64,000 bases of DNA from Eledone cirrhosa (lineage: Eukaryota). The stretch covers positions 18,972,001 to 19,036,000 of the forward strand of contig OZ024753.1 in assembly GCA_964016885.1 (NCBI GenBank), in the 5' to 3' direction. The position numbers and the translations under genes were made by a program. Of this stretch, positions 12,846 to 25,478 are shown in pieces. The first letter of the stretch is position 1. Each line of letters starts with the position of its first letter. The notes below the pieces were generated by a model, which worked only from the letters and a program-made list of their open reading frames with translations, ran no database searches and had not been told where the DNA came from.

Positions 12846-13036
12846 AGCGGTGGATTGGCAGTATCGGTAGAGAGTCGGACACCATGCTTTGAAGCATAGA
12901 GTTACGTCCCTTTATGATCTGAGTTCAAATCCCGCCGAGGTTAACTTTGCCTTTCATCCTTACGGGGTCGATAACATACAGTACCAGTAATGTACTGGTT
13001 GATTGCTGGCCTTGTGCCTAAAATAGAAACAATTAT
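12846..13036 (+). mobile_element. tRNA-derived SINE (family 1)
   Basis: A box TGGCAGTATCGG, B box GAGTTCAAATCC, core GCCTTTCATCCTTACGGGGTCGATAA, tail AGAAACAATTATT. Many copies in the window. Confidence 0.88.
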
Positions 13037-13351
13037 TTCTGAAGACAGCATATATATGTGTAGGTATGTATATTCCCTCTGATAGATTGTAAACATTTTA
13101 CATAGATCTATATGATATACATACCAACACATACATATATATCCTAGAAACGATCGTAAAATGATGAATGTTTTAATATAAGGAACTGTTTCTTTGTTTT
13201 TATTCATTATTTTTATTAATTTATCTTGACTCTGTTTTCCTGTGTTTTTCATCGAAAAGATTTTGAATACATCTACTCTTTTCATGATATTTGGATTACA
13301 TTGAGTTCTTCATACGGATTGGACACTACCGTATATTTTGGTAGATTTATC

Positions 13352-13386
<35 letters not shown>

Positions 13387-13404
13387 AGAGAGAGAGAGAG
13401 AGAG

Positions 13405-13443
<39 letters not shown>

Positions 13444-13701
13444 TGCGTATGCATATATATGTGTGTGTGTATGCATATATATATATATGTGTGTGTATGC
13501 ATATATATGTGTGTGTGTATGCATAGATACATGTGAGTGTGTGTATGCATATAGATATGTGTGTGTGTGTATGCATATAGATATGTGTGTGTGTGTATGT
13601 ATATAGATATATGTGTGTGTGTATGTATGCATATAGATATATGTGTGTGTGTGTGCATGTATATAGGTTATATATATATGAATATATATGTATATAATAA
13701 A

Positions 13702-13768
13702 CATTCTGATGAGCGATTTCAGACGTCTCTGTTGAGCTCGTCTGTCTTCGTGAAACCTTTCGTAAATG
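13702..13768 (+). ncRNA. Type I hammerhead ribozyme in a short insert (about 13695-13863)
   Basis: CATT-CTGATGA-GCGA..CAGACG...CGTCTG..TCGT-GAAAC-ctttc-GTA-AATG. Confidence 0.8.
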
Positions 13769-13863
13769 GAATAATTGTCTTACTGTGTTTATTACATAAT
13801 TAAATAGCTCTGTAGCATACACAGGCCACTCTCCTTTCGTTTACCCTTCCTACGGAAATACTT

Positions 13864-13897
<34 letters not shown>

Positions 13898-13909
13898 AGA
13901 GAATATAAC

Positions 13910-14485
13910 CAAAGACGGCGTGTACTCCTGTACTCCATCCCATGCAGTTGTGGTAGGTTATACAAAGGCGAAACAGGCCGTGCCCTCAAAATAAGGGTAG
14001 AAGAACATCGTAAAGCTGTGACACGAGGAGAGATCGATAAATCGGGTATAGCTGATCATGTATGGAAAAACGGAGACCACTTTCCCCTGTGGGATGAAGT
14101 TAAACTAATAGACAGAGAAGACCACTGGAAAACACGAAAACTAAAAGAGGCAATACATATGCTAGGACATAATAACCTCATAAGCAGACCTAGTGCAGAT
14201 ATGAGTAGGTATGGAGAAAGGATAGAACAATATCAGTTTATAAACCCTAACAATTCACGAGAAAAAGAAAAAAGAGAACGACTAATTACGGGGGGTGGGG
14301 GTGAGTGCTTAAAAAGCGGGCACTAACCTCAAGATTCCGAGTTCCATTCTAGGCAGTGACCTGAAGAAACGTTAATAATAAGCTCACTGGGACAACTGAT
14401 GAAGGCTGGAGAGTGCATCAAACGAAACGTTGTGTTAACCACAAAACAAGATAACACCTATCCATCCAATGTATATAATGTATAT
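13910..14485 (+). mobile_element. 3' fragment of a Penelope/Poseidon-type PLE (GIY-YIG) with a decayed HHR at about 14390-14436
   Basis: SIPCSCGRLYKGETGRALKIRVEEH...SGIADHVW...RKLKEAIHM, followed by CTGATGA...GAAACGTTG. Confidence 0.85.
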
Positions 14486-14711
14486 ATATATATATATAGT
14501 ATTTACGTATCGAGAAAGAGAGAAAAAGGAGGGATAGGTGATACATATAGTTATTTGCCAAGTAGCGTATGCCAAAGGTGCTCGATACTAGTGCCGGCAG
14601 TATTAAATATGCGAAGTGTTAATATTTAGTGGGCTAGAGAGTTAGCAGAGCGTAAGCACGTGGGAAAGTGAAAAATCGGAGAATAGACCGTTAAAACATG
14701 TTTATTTAAAA

Positions 14712-14756
14712 TATCACCTACGTACGTTTCGCCCAGTTGGGCTTCTCAAGGGCATA
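14712..14756 (-). ncRNA. Hammerhead ribozyme, U3:A8 core variant
   Basis: TATGCCC-TTGAGAA-GCCC aact GGGC-GAAAC-GTAC-GTA-GGTGATA. Confidence 0.75.
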
Positions 14757-15023
14757 AACAATCACAAGTGTTCCTTATATAGTTCGGAAAGAGTTTTGGG
14801 GGTTAAATCCACATCAAGATTCATTGCTCGCAAAAATATCTTGTTTTGATTTTGCAGCAGGTTAAGGGAGGTAACTCTGGCCGGTGTTAGGGCAGTCTTT
14901 CCCGGATAATTTTTTTTTTTTTTTTTTTTTTCCCGTTTGTCTGAGGCTGGGTCTGGTATCCCAGGATTGTTTTCTGGGTGTTATTTTGCTGCGCCTGCCC
15001 GCCGGGAGATCCAGTGTACTATT

Positions 15024-16598
15024 TCACTCTTCACTCTTAACCCATCTAAAGAAGGATATTTTTAAGCGATGTGTCCAACTTATCGCTGTTTCAGCTCTGC
15101 TGTTGATGAGCTCGTGGGGTGCAGTTATGATGTGGTAGAGCTCCATGAGGCAAAGATCGCATTTCCTCTTGAAGGTGTACGGTGCAGCCCTGCCGACAAT
15201 CTCCCAGTGCGTGGAGAAGCTAATGTTTAAGTCCTTCAGCGATGTGATGTAGTCCGCGAGCGAGGTGGAGTGCCTTAGTTTTCTATTAGTGAAAGAGTGG
15301 AGATGTGTTCGAAACCTAATTTTGAACGGGCCGGAGGTGGCCCCTATATAATGTTTAACGCTATTGTGGCTAGTAATAGTGCATCTATATATAACCCTAT
15401 CGGTCAAGCAGTATCCTCTAAGGGGGAATCGTCCTCTGTCGCGGCAGTTGCAATTTCTGTCGCGGTTCCGTCTATTTCCCACTATAAGGCTATCATTGTT
15501 GCTGCCTACGTTGCTAGCTGCGCTACCGCAGCTGTCGTTAGCAAAATTACAACCCACAGCACGCGGGATGGTGCGATTGTTATTCCGCACGCCATGTTCA
15601 GCATGTTCCCCAGTCACTTCGCTGTCATTCTGGTTGCGTCTGCGGATGCCGTTGCCAACAATATTGGATGCTGTCGGGGAGTTGTTAAGGCCGATACAGT
15701 TATTGTCAGGTGTAGGTGCGTCTGCGTCGAAGTGCTGTGTCTTGGTGATCTTACTGTGGTTCGTTGTTCCTATGATGTCTGCTAGGTTAGGAGTAGTAGA
15801 GAAGGATATTTTTATATTGTTCCTATTAAGAATTTTCCTATACCTATGGTTGGGTGGGAAGTTCTTCTCTAAGGCTTCGAAGAATATCCGGGGTATGTTG
15901 GAGGCCACACTTCGAGAGTAAGGGGGGTGGAACCATAGGACGTTACGGTGGCGATTACGTGTCCTTGTACTTTTGCTACGGGTGGTTCCATCTAAGTGAT
16001 CGCTCTTATGTGTGTTAATGCGCTGTCGCCCGTTCGGTGCCCCTTTCACTTTATGCTCGGGTGCACTTTTTCTACCACTTCCATGTTTATGTACACGAAG
16101 ATGTTGGTTGGAAGGCGTTGGTAGTAGGCCGTCGCCTTTGTTGGTTTTGTAATAGGGGAATAGTTTGAGTAATCTACAGTATTCACCGTCGCCGGGGACG
16201 TGATCTTTGGTGCGGTTATCTATTCTATTATATCCGACTTTAACGAGGTCGCCGCGTGATCGGTTATAGGTATGGCCTACTATAACGTTAGTTTTATGAG
16301 GGGGGTGGTTTCTAGAGCTAGCGTTAGGGATGTAGGAAATTCCTCGGTTAAAGCCGGCGCTTATCAGGGCCCTATTGTAGTAATCAGCCGCTTGGTTGAA
16401 GATATCCTCATTGGCGGATAGCCTCGAGATTCTATGTGAGATACTATAGACTATGGAGTTGAGAGTCTGCTTAGGGTGGTTGGAGGCATAATTAATATAA
16501 GAGAGGCACTCTCCAGGCTTATGGTATGACTTGTATAAGCCCGTACTCAACTCCAGGGTCACGTCCAGGAAGTTGACAACCCTGTGGTTGAGGTCCAT
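15024..16598 (-). CDS. PLE RT thumb + GIY-YIG endonuclease with long linker insertions
   Basis: NFLDVTL, SNHP, NVLWFHPPY, CNC, VIYRC...HYIGAT..FKIR, CDLCLME. Confidence 0.9.
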   Translation of the reverse strand: MDLNHRVVNFLDVTLELSTGLYKSYHKPGECLSYINYASNHPKQTLNSIVYSISHRISRLSANEDIFNQAADYYNRALISAGFNRGISYIPNASSRNHPPHKTNVIVGHTYNRSRGDLVKVGYNRIDNRTKDHVPGDGEYCRLLKLFPYYKTNKGDGLLPTPSNQHLRVHKHGSGRKSAPEHKVKGAPNGRQRINTHKSDHLDGTTRSKSTRTRNRHRNVLWFHPPYSRSVASNIPRIFFEALEKNFPPNHRYRKILNRNNIKISFSTTPNLADIIGTTNHSKITKTQHFDADAPTPDNNCIGLNNSPTASNIVGNGIRRRNQNDSEVTGEHAEHGVRNNNRTIPRAVGCNFANDSCGSAASNVGSNNDSLIVGNRRNRDRNCNCRDRGRFPLRGYCLTDRVIYRCTITSHNSVKHYIGATSGPFKIRFRTHLHSFTNRKLRHSTSLADYITSLKDLNISFSTHWEIVGRAAPYTFKRKCDLCLMELYHIITAPHELINSRAETAISWTHRLKISFFRWVKSEE

Positions 16599-16702
16599 AG
16601 TTATGGATAGGACGTATGACTTAAAGAACCTGTGTATATGTTTGTTAAGGTTCTCTATCCTACGGGGCTATGGTTCCTAACGGTATAATATATATATATA
16701 TA

Positions 16703-16807
<105 letters not shown>

Positions 16808-16840
16808 TACACGGGTGTGTATGATTGTGTATAGAAGATT

Positions 16841-17250
16841 ATATTAATAAAAGGAATTCCAACTTTGTCTTATTTACTCGTTTTATTTACAATCCTTTAA
16901 AATGTTTAATGGTATTAGAATGAAATAGTATGGTAGAATATTAAATGTTAAGTTTTAATTGAACAAGTACTTTCATGCTTTCGCAATCTTCAGGGTCATA
17001 TTCTGTGGTGACAGTCAAGTTTTCAATTTTCAACTGTGAAAATTGTTGAAAATTGTTGAAAATTGCAAACATGACTGTCACCACTCAATTTGAACCTGAA
17101 GATTGCGAAAGCATGAACGTACTTGTTCAACTAACACTTAACATTTAATATTCTACCATACTATTTCATTCTAATACCATTATAAAATGTAAAGGATTGT
17201 AAATAAAACGAGTAAATCAGATAAAGTTGGAATTCCTTTTATTAATATAT
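16841..17250. mobile_element. Fold-back mini-element with one HHR per arm
   Basis: About 16841-17017 is the reverse complement of about 17072-17250. Confidence 0.85.
17090..17130 (+). ncRNA. Minimal hammerhead ribozyme (mirror copy at 16959-16999, minus)
   Basis: TTGAAC-CTGAAGA-TTGC gaaa GCAT-GAA(C/A)-GTAC-TT-GTTCAA. The mirror arm retains GAAA. Confidence 0.78.
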
Positions 17251-17395
17251 ATATATTAGGTATAGGATTATCCAAGATGTAGTAATGGTTAATTACTACA
17301 CTGGATATGGTTGACGTACGGTGAGAGGTTACTCTACGAGTTATGGAAGAATTGTTTAAGAAACATAGTTCCTGATCCTTCTGTATTCCGGAGTG

Positions 17396-17714
17396 TATAT
17401 AAAGAATGAATAATAACAGGTAGACATCATAAAAAGGTAATTTATTCCGTGTGCTTACAAATGTTTCCACGGTGGTACTACAGCCTAGTTATGCTATGTG
17501 CAAATATACAAGTATTTGCAGAACTCAAATAGCCAATGCTGTGACCACTGTATCCTCAGAGGATACAGTGGTCACAGCTTTGGATATTTGAGTTCTGCAA
17601 ATACTTGTATATTTGCACATAGCATAACTAGGCTGTAGTACCACCGTGGAAACATTTGTAAGCACACGGAATAAATTACCTTTTTATGATGTCTACCTGT
17701 TATTATTCATTCTT

Positions 17715-17720
<6 letters not shown>
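17396..17720. mobile_element. Near-perfect ~325-bp palindrome centred on an HHR core
   Basis: Axis at about 17558 (TATCCTC-A-GAGGATA). The minus strand reads CTGAGGA-TACAGTGGT...ACCACCGTG-GAAAC-attt-GTA. Confidence 0.85.
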
Positions 17721-17748
<28 letters not shown>

Positions 17749-18934
17749 TATGTATAAGTATGTGTATACATATATATATATATAAACTGTGTGAGATTGA
17801 GAAAGAATTCGTCTGCGGCTGTCGTGTTTTTGTGACACATATTCTATCTAATGCTACATTTTCCATTGTTTGTTTTCAGATATATTTTCTGATATTCCAA
17901 ATATATTCACGAAGCACTTAACGTCTCTCTCATTTGATGTCTATTCCATAGACAACAGACACACTAATAACATACTTTATATTTCCCCATTTGTAATGCT
18001 TTTGCTTAGCCAAGCGTGACATTATCAAATTCAGACTTCATCACACTGCTGAACGAAATACGCTTCTTTTCTTACAGACATGTATACTCAAGCAATGATG
18101 TTACTGGTCCTTCTCTATACTTACGTCTTTGTACTGATCTGAATATTTCCACGAGTGTAGTATTATATTTCAACATGGCCAAACAAATGTTAGCCTGCAA
18201 GTCAATATTATAATAAACATGTAAATGGTAAGTTCAATAGTTTTAACATTCGTTCTATATATGTTTTTATTACTTGGAACCTCCAATATTTATCACTATA
18301 TTAGCGCCTATTCCATTACCAGTTCTTTGTATTTACGTAGTCATTGTGGGGAAAGAAAGATTCATATATCGTTTGAGAAACAGAGTATTTTATACACACT
18401 TAAGCTGGGAAAAGAAATATTCCTGACAGTACTGTTTTATAGTTCTTAGATACGTTAGGTATGTGGAAATTGATCCAAGTAATAGATTATCGACTATAGA
18501 TTATTGATTCCTATAAATTGAATGAAAGACAAGGAGCTACACCTCAGAGGAATTGTCTTTCGACATGTCCCACATTGTAAAACATACCTTTATATCTGAG
18601 TTGTGAGAGTCTGAATGAGCTTCAAACAGTATGTTGTTGATAAACGCTTAACAACGAGGATAGATATAAATAGGACTGGTCATCTTGTCTGCTAGAAATA
18701 GCAACGAGATTTTAGTAACAATTGAATCAGCTCGACAAATTAATATATATGGAGCAACTATACACAATGGTAAGTTGTCCAAACATAAGTAATATTTGAT
18801 AAACATGTTTCTCTTTAAAGAAGCTCAATGAACCTTATTTCAGAACAATAATTCAGATTCAGAATATATATTTCGAGAGAAAGTGTCATATATCGTTTAA
18901 GAAGCACATTATTTTGTTCATATATTTAATGCAA

Positions 18935-19125
18935 ATAATTGTTTCTACTTTAGGCACAAGGCCAGCAATTACCCAGTACATTACTGGTACTTTATTTCAT
19001 CGACCCCGTAAGGATGAAAGGCAAAGTTAACCTCAGCGGGATTTGAACTCAAACCGTAAAGGGACGTAACTATGCTAGAAAGCATGGCGTCCAACCCTCT
19101 ACCGATACTGCCAATTCACTGCCTT
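18935..19125 (-). mobile_element. tRNA-derived SINE (family 1)
   Basis: Reverse complement of 12846-13036. Confidence 0.88.
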
Positions 19126-19750
19126 ATTTATATTTAATGCAAATAATATTCAGAAAAAATATACATACTTGCCAGATAGCCAAGGGCGGTGCCCCAGCAT
19201 GGCCTCAGACGGGTGGCTGGAACAGGTAAAAGAGTAAAAGCGTATACTTAAGGTTGTCGAACTGATTCAATTGTGATAGTTATCTCAAGACAACACCTTT
19301 GGTGGGGACATTGATTTTTAGCTCGTTATCATATTTTAAATTCAACTAAATTTTTTTAAATTTTTAGTGCAGAAGTGTAACATAATTCTGGGTTCGAGTA
19401 TGCTTTTCTGTAAAACAAATGTGGTACAAGAATTATCAAGTGTTATCTTCCTACATTTTGTTGAATAATAATTGGTTTGGCTTCACAAAGGTGATTCATC
19501 ATCGTTACATTTATCAAGGAATTCCTCTGCGAGTAAAACTTTGCTAAAGTATTCCAAAGCGTCGTCTTTGATTTCATTATAATCAGGTCTCAGATGAGGC
19601 TTGCAAGATTATATGTCCTTTCGTACATATTTTGATTTATTGATATATTGAAGTCATTCAATACCTTTATTTCTTGGCTTTTTGAGGGAATCTTCTTCAT
19701 GATATTTTAATTATATATACATTCATATATCTATATATGTGTGTATAACC

Positions 19751-19782
<32 letters not shown>

Positions 19783-20354
19783 TTATGTATGCGTGTATGT
19801 TTATATATGTATATGTATGTATATTTCTTTGTTTGTACGTATGTATGCATGTTTATGTGCGTTTCCATGTATGTAATGTATGTAGGTATATATGTGTTTG
19901 GATGTATATATGTATGTTTGCATGTATGTATGTATGTATGTATGTTTGTATGTGTGTATGTATATTTGTATGCATGCATACATGTATGTATGTATGCGCA
20001 TATGTATGTAGGTATGTATGTGCATATTTACAAGAGTAGGCTGACTATGAAGGAATTATGCTAGGACTGTGAAATCTTGCATGCATTAATTTCAACATGC
20101 CTTGTTAATAACTGCATTGTTTCATTCCAAAGAATCTGTTTAAAAATAAACTTCATTTGGTCAATCCATGAGAGTATCTTGGTTAGGGTGTATTTCAAGA
20201 CACATATTTGAATGTGTAGTGGTTTGTGTAGTCTTTATAATTGCATCTAGTTTAATGAAGCGAGAACTGTGAGAAAAGAAATAGGTTGAGAAGGATAGAC
20301 TTGAGGTAAGAATATTGAACTAAATGGAGACAAAGCCAAGCAAATATATCAAAA

Positions 20355-20472
20355 TAATTGTTTCCACTTTTGGCACAAGGCCAGCAATTACTCAGTGTAT
20401 TACTGGTACTTTATTTTATCGACTCCGCAAGGATGAAAGGCAAACTTAACTTCGGCGGGATTTGAACTCAGA
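20355..20472 (-). mobile_element. SINE family 1, 3' part
   Basis: Core and tail match. Confidence 0.8.
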
Positions 20473-21522
20473 ATATATCAAAATAATGGGGAGAAAACCT
20501 GGTGGAAACGGTTTTGTGTTTTGTTTAGGAGGAGCTACATGTGTAGATAGAAGTGTGTGGACTGAGAGATGAAGGTGAGGTTTACAATTAAAACATCAGA
20601 GTGCAGATAGGGCGAAATGCAGTCCAGAGGGGTTTACATTCCAATATGACCGTCAAATGAGATTCAGATATACTAATAAGATCAAATACTGTATACGTAC
20701 GTCAAAGAAACGCTAGATGATCAAGTTTAGAGAAAACTAGTTAAAACCCGTCGCTACGCCAGCAGTAAAAATATTTGTAAATCATTTAACGAACTACATA
20801 AATTGTTCAAATATATTTAGACTGACTTTCTCGATGAAGATTAATAACATTTGAATACGGTTGAAGAATCAATAGATCTATCTATATTGTACATGAGAAG
20901 CTGTTTCTACGTCTGTCTATCCACCACACATATATGTAGAAGGGAGTGGGGGGGGGGGGAGTGAACATTTCTCCTTGGAAGAAAACTACATTGAAAGAGA
21001 GAGAGAGCGGGTGGAGAAAGAGGGAGGGAGAGAGAGAGAGACACTTCGTCATTTATGATTTTGAAGTTGACAAGATAATTACTATATAATTACTATATAA
21101 TTACTATATAATTAGGTTGTTAAACGATGGTAGCTGCCAGTACACAATGTTTGTTACTTATTTACGTACCTCAGAAATTGTTCAAATAATGTTTAGATTC
21201 AGTTTCTCAGTGAAAATTAATAAAAGTTTGAAGACTGTTGAACAATAACAATATTTTGAAATACTGTTTAATATTCTACAGAATAAGGTATAATGTTCGT
21301 GCATAACAGAGGCATATTTTAGAGTTACAATTAACCAGTCATCTGTCATTAAAATCAATGTGGTGTCACCTTGCACCATTCTTTCTCTAATGGATGTAAT
21401 CAAGTATGTTGTTACGAAAACAACAGATCGTGATTAAAAACGCAGGAATTGTAAGTGCAAGTCTCTGAACACGTTAGTGTCTATAATGACAACAATCTAG
21501 TTATTTGTCTAAATGTCTTTAA

Positions 21523-22012
21523 CACACACTTACACGCACTCGCACATACACACCAACATACACACACACATTCACACACACACACACAGACACATACATA
21601 CACACATACACACAGACACGCAGACACACACACAGACATACACACAGACATACACACAGACAGACACACATACACACACACATACACACACAGACACAGA
21701 TGCACCCACACAGACACACATCCACACAGGCACACATCCACACATACACAGACACACACACATATACACACACACATACACACACACGCATACACACAGA
21801 CACAGACACACAGACACAAACACACAGACACAGACACGCAGACACACAGACACACAGAGACACACATACACAGACACACACACACACAAATACAGAGATA
21901 TACACAGATACACACATACATATACACACACACATATACACACAGACATATACACACATATACAGACACACACATACACGCACATACTCACACATACGCA
22001 CTCTCTCTCTCT
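21523..22012. repeat. (CA)n-rich compound microsatellite
   Basis: Direct reading. Confidence 0.95.
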
Positions 22013-22410
22013 CGATAGACAAACAGAAAATGTTTCCTAATGAAAGACATTAAAATGTCAACTTGTAATTATGACGTCATAAAGGTCATACATGTTCCAT
22101 CTCACTTTCACACACTCTCTCTCTTTCTCTTACTTTGTTTCTCTCGCAACTACAACGAATGTTTACACCCCCCCTCCCCCCTACATACAGACAGACGGAG
22201 AATATAAACTAATAGAATGTTTTTCATTTCAATATGCTGGCGAGTGTGTGTGTGTCTGTGTGTGTGGGGGGGGGTGTATGGGTGTGTGTGTGTGTGTGTG
22301 TATGTGTGTGTGTGCATGTGTGTGCATATTATTACTTTTATATGTACGAATATATATATATATAAACGCAGAAACACAGACACACTCGTAAAAACACTCG
22401 CTCACAGACA

Positions 22411-22808
22411 TACGAGGGCAATCCCAAAAGTAAGGTCTCCTTCCGATATTGCAACTTTTCCGTTATAATCCTGTGGATGGTGCTTCGGGAAACCTCAGGA
22501 ACCAAAATGCAGGGAGCATCTAGAGTGATCCGCCGATCTTTACGCATGTTTTCCTCGGAAGGAGACCTTACTTTTGGGATTGCCCTCGTGTATAATAATT
22601 GCGAGAAATTCGCACTTGGCGGTAGCGTTCAACGGGATCTCCATTCTTAACGGCTGCCAAGCCAAGATTGAGCATCCCAGCGAAGCGCGCGCATGCTTGT
22701 TTGGGGGTGAAGGAAGCACCAATCACAACAGTGTTGCCAACAGCCGTACGAACAGTTTCTCTGCGTCCCCATCGCTTTCGAGACCTTACTTTTGAGATAA
22801 CCCTCGTA
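22411..22808 (-). mobile_element. Mariner-type DNA transposon deletion derivative with three TIR copies
   Basis: TIR TA-CGAGGG..AT..CAAAAGTAAGGTCTC at 22411, inverted at 22561-22588 and 22780-22808. Transposase HTH fragment RKDRRIT...VSRSTIHRIITEKLQYRK. Confidence 0.8.
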
Positions 22809-23417
22809 CATTCACACACACACACACACACATATACATTTACACAAACTTACACATTCACAGACATTGTTTCACGTCCCGAAGTAGCTCACATGTATAT
22901 ATAGTTAACTGTCAAAGGGAGATAACTGGTACGAAAGATATCCTTGCATCTTGCCTTATATGGTCCGACCTCACAGCGTAATTTGTTTCCAATTCTTTAT
23001 ATTTTGCTTCTTACGAATCATTGCCTTCTGTTATTCACAGGTTTTACATAATTTAATTCCATCCTCTTGAATGTTGCCTCTGTATTAATTGAGAGTAATG
23101 CCGTTACAATTGTAAAGCAGGAAATGATATAAGATCAAGTCTACCATGCTATTTTATTATATATATATATATATATGGGGCGGGGGTTATATAGAAGTAG
23201 TTCCACAACAGTTAGTTCACCATACCAAGAGCAACTGTTTCACCTTGTCGGATCCTCAGCTCGGTCTAATTTTAAATTGAACGGAGGATTCGTGAATGAA
23301 CTAACTGTTGTGTTAATAGTTCTATCAAACTCGCCCCATGCACTGAGTGTTCTCATACTACGGTTATACCCCACCAGTATTCTACTATTTTTATTTATAT
23401 ATATATGTATATATATA

Positions 23418-24115
23418 ATTAGAATGGTGCTCTGAAATAGCGATATATATATGAATGTATATATAGTGTATTTTGCAATACACTGTATGCTTAATTAAAA
23501 GCATTTCGAAGACCTTAAGCTATTGTTTTAGAGTAGTGACAGTCTCACTTACTTTAAATTTTCAGCAAACAGGGGAGATAAAGATGACAGAGCTCTGTTT
23601 CGTACTTTTTGGTACTTATCAAAGCTAAGTACTCCGCCTGTTTGCTGAAAAGCATGAATGTTTGATTCTTATATTATTCTAGTATATAATCAGGAACTGA
23701 TTATACAGAGCGGTTGCCGGTCAAGCAGAAATTGAAAATTAGAATTGGTGCTCTGAAATAGCGATATATATATGAATGTATATATAGTGTATTTTGCAAT
23801 ACACTATATGCTTAAATAAAAGCATTTCGAAGACCTTACGCTATTTTTTTAGAGTAGTGACAGTCTCCCATACTTTAATTTTCAGCAAACAGGGGAGATA
23901 AAGCTGACAGAGCTCTCTTTCGTACATGCGGAGTACTTAGCTTTGATAAGCATCAGAAAGTGCGAAACAGATCTCTGCCAGCTTTATCTCCCCTATTTTC
24001 TGAAAATTAAAGTAAGTGAGACTGTCACTACTCTAAAACAATAGAGTAAGGTCTTCGAAATTATTATAATTAAGCATACAGTGTATTGCAAAATACACTA
24101 TATATACATTCATAT
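23418..24115. repeat. Partial tandem (~320-bp period) plus inverted copy of an HHR-bearing unit
   Basis: 23418-23605 repeats at 23739-23925. 23927-24115 is the inverted copy. TA-rich ends. Confidence 0.85.
23582..23626 (-). ncRNA. Hammerhead ribozyme, U3:A8 core variant (second copy at 23939-23983, plus)
   Basis: AGCT-TTGATAA-GTAC caaaaa GTAC-GAAA-CAGAGCTCTG-TC-A(T/G)CT. Confidence 0.78.
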
Positions 24116-24134
24116 ATATATATATATATATATA

Positions 24135-24560
24135 ATATAAGATCAAAAGATGGTTAAAGGAGTTCCATGTATTTTATTATGCGCATTTCAAAAACAAACA
24201 TCATCATGCAATAATATTTGTGTTTTCATCAGATAAAACAGGAGAACATGATATGAAGGCTAAAAAACACTTGTGGATAGTGCAGTTTTAAATCAACATA
24301 TCATATGTTGATTTAAAACTGCACTATCCACAAGTGTTTATTAGCCTTCATATCATGTTCTCCTGTTTTATCTGATGAAAACACAAATATTATTGCATGA
24401 TGATGTTTGTTTTTGAAATGCGCATAATAAAATACATGGAACTCCTTTAACCATCTTTTGATCTTATATTATGTATACTCCAGTCCTACAAACTGTAGAG
24501 TGCTTCTTATCCGATATCTGTATTGCTTTATTGTACTACAATAAAACCCACCTCCTACAT
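24135..24560. mobile_element. Fold-back mini-element derived from the PLE B family terminus, with a 3' tail
   Basis: Arms 24135-24300 and 24303-24470 match 6157-6320. Flanked by (TA)n. Confidence 0.9.
24364..24434 (+). ncRNA. Minimal type I hammerhead ribozyme (mirror copy at about 24169-24240, minus)
   Basis: TGTTTTAT-CTGATGA-stem II-GAAA-TGCGCA-TA-ATAAAATA. Confidence 0.85.
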
Positions 24561-24579
24561 TATATATATATATATATAT

Positions 24580-24967
24580 ATTTATTAAAATAACAGATTA
24601 AAGTTTAAGCAAAGAATCGCTGCGTTCACCCTTAACGGGATCTTCTGAAACTAACAAAGCCAATCTGTAAACGCAGGACTGGATATTTCAAAAAACGTTG
24701 CAACCGGAGGAAGACTGGAAGACGATACTTTGGTTCTCTTAGGTATGTCTTCCTCCGGTTGCAACGTTTTTTGAAATAACCAGTTCTGCGTTTACAGATT
24801 GGCTTTGTTAGTTTCAGAAGATCCCGTTAAGGGTGAAAGCAGCGATTCTTTGCTTAAACTTTAATCTGTTATTTTAATAAATATTTGCTCTACGGTTCGT
24901 ATATATTTGATATATATTTATCCTTATCGAGCCCTCTTTGGATTCTAGTCTTCAAATATATCATTAT

Positions 24968-24972
<5 letters not shown>
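24580..24972. mobile_element. Fold-back mini-element, family X
   Basis: Arms about 24580-24715 and 24747-24884 plus a tail to 24972. (TA)n on both sides. Confidence 0.85.
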
Positions 24973-25032
<60 letters not shown>

Positions 25033-25269
25033 GAGAGAGGGGGGGTGAAAGATAAATGTATATAAATATATAGATACATTGATAGATAGACATATATGAG
25101 TATATAGCTTCTCGCATGTATTCATCTGATATGTTCGTAACAAGATAAGCGACTGCATCCATTAGAGAAAGCATGGTGTATGATGACCAGATCACTGGTC
25201 AACAGTATATACCTTTATTATGAACGAACAATATAACGTGCAATTATTAATATATACAGTGCTTTCAAA

Positions 25270-25478
25270 TGTTTCCGATGTTGGCACAAGTCCAGCAATT
25301 TTGGAGGAAGGAGAACAAGTCGATTAAACCGACCCCCGCGCGTGATTGGTACTTTATTTATCGACCCCGTAACTATGAAAGGCAAAGCTTACCTCGGTTG
25401 GAGAAGGTAAGAGGACGTAACTATACTGTACAAAACATGGTGTATGATTCTCTACCGATACGGGCAATCCACTCCCCT
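25270..25478 (-). mobile_element. SINE family 1, diverged
   Basis: Core TTTATCGACCCC...GAAAGGCAAAG. Confidence 0.7.

Larger units (their letters stand above)
14499..16686 (-). mobile_element. Penelope-like element D, 5'-truncated
   Basis: ORF 15024-16598, 3' HHR, (TA)n on both sides. Confidence 0.92.

Noticed and set aside
12846-12940. tRNA genes
   Set aside because: The A/B boxes belong to SINE heads and no complete cloverleaf is visible.
13240-13350. Short repeat shared with 46673-46785 as an HHR element
   Set aside because: The repeat is real but no foldable hammerhead core was found.
17880-18227. Possible host exon (TTTTCAG...ATG/GTAAG); also a donor-like site near 21170 on the minus strand
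   Set aside because: No recognisable ORF. Splice-like signals alone are insufficient.
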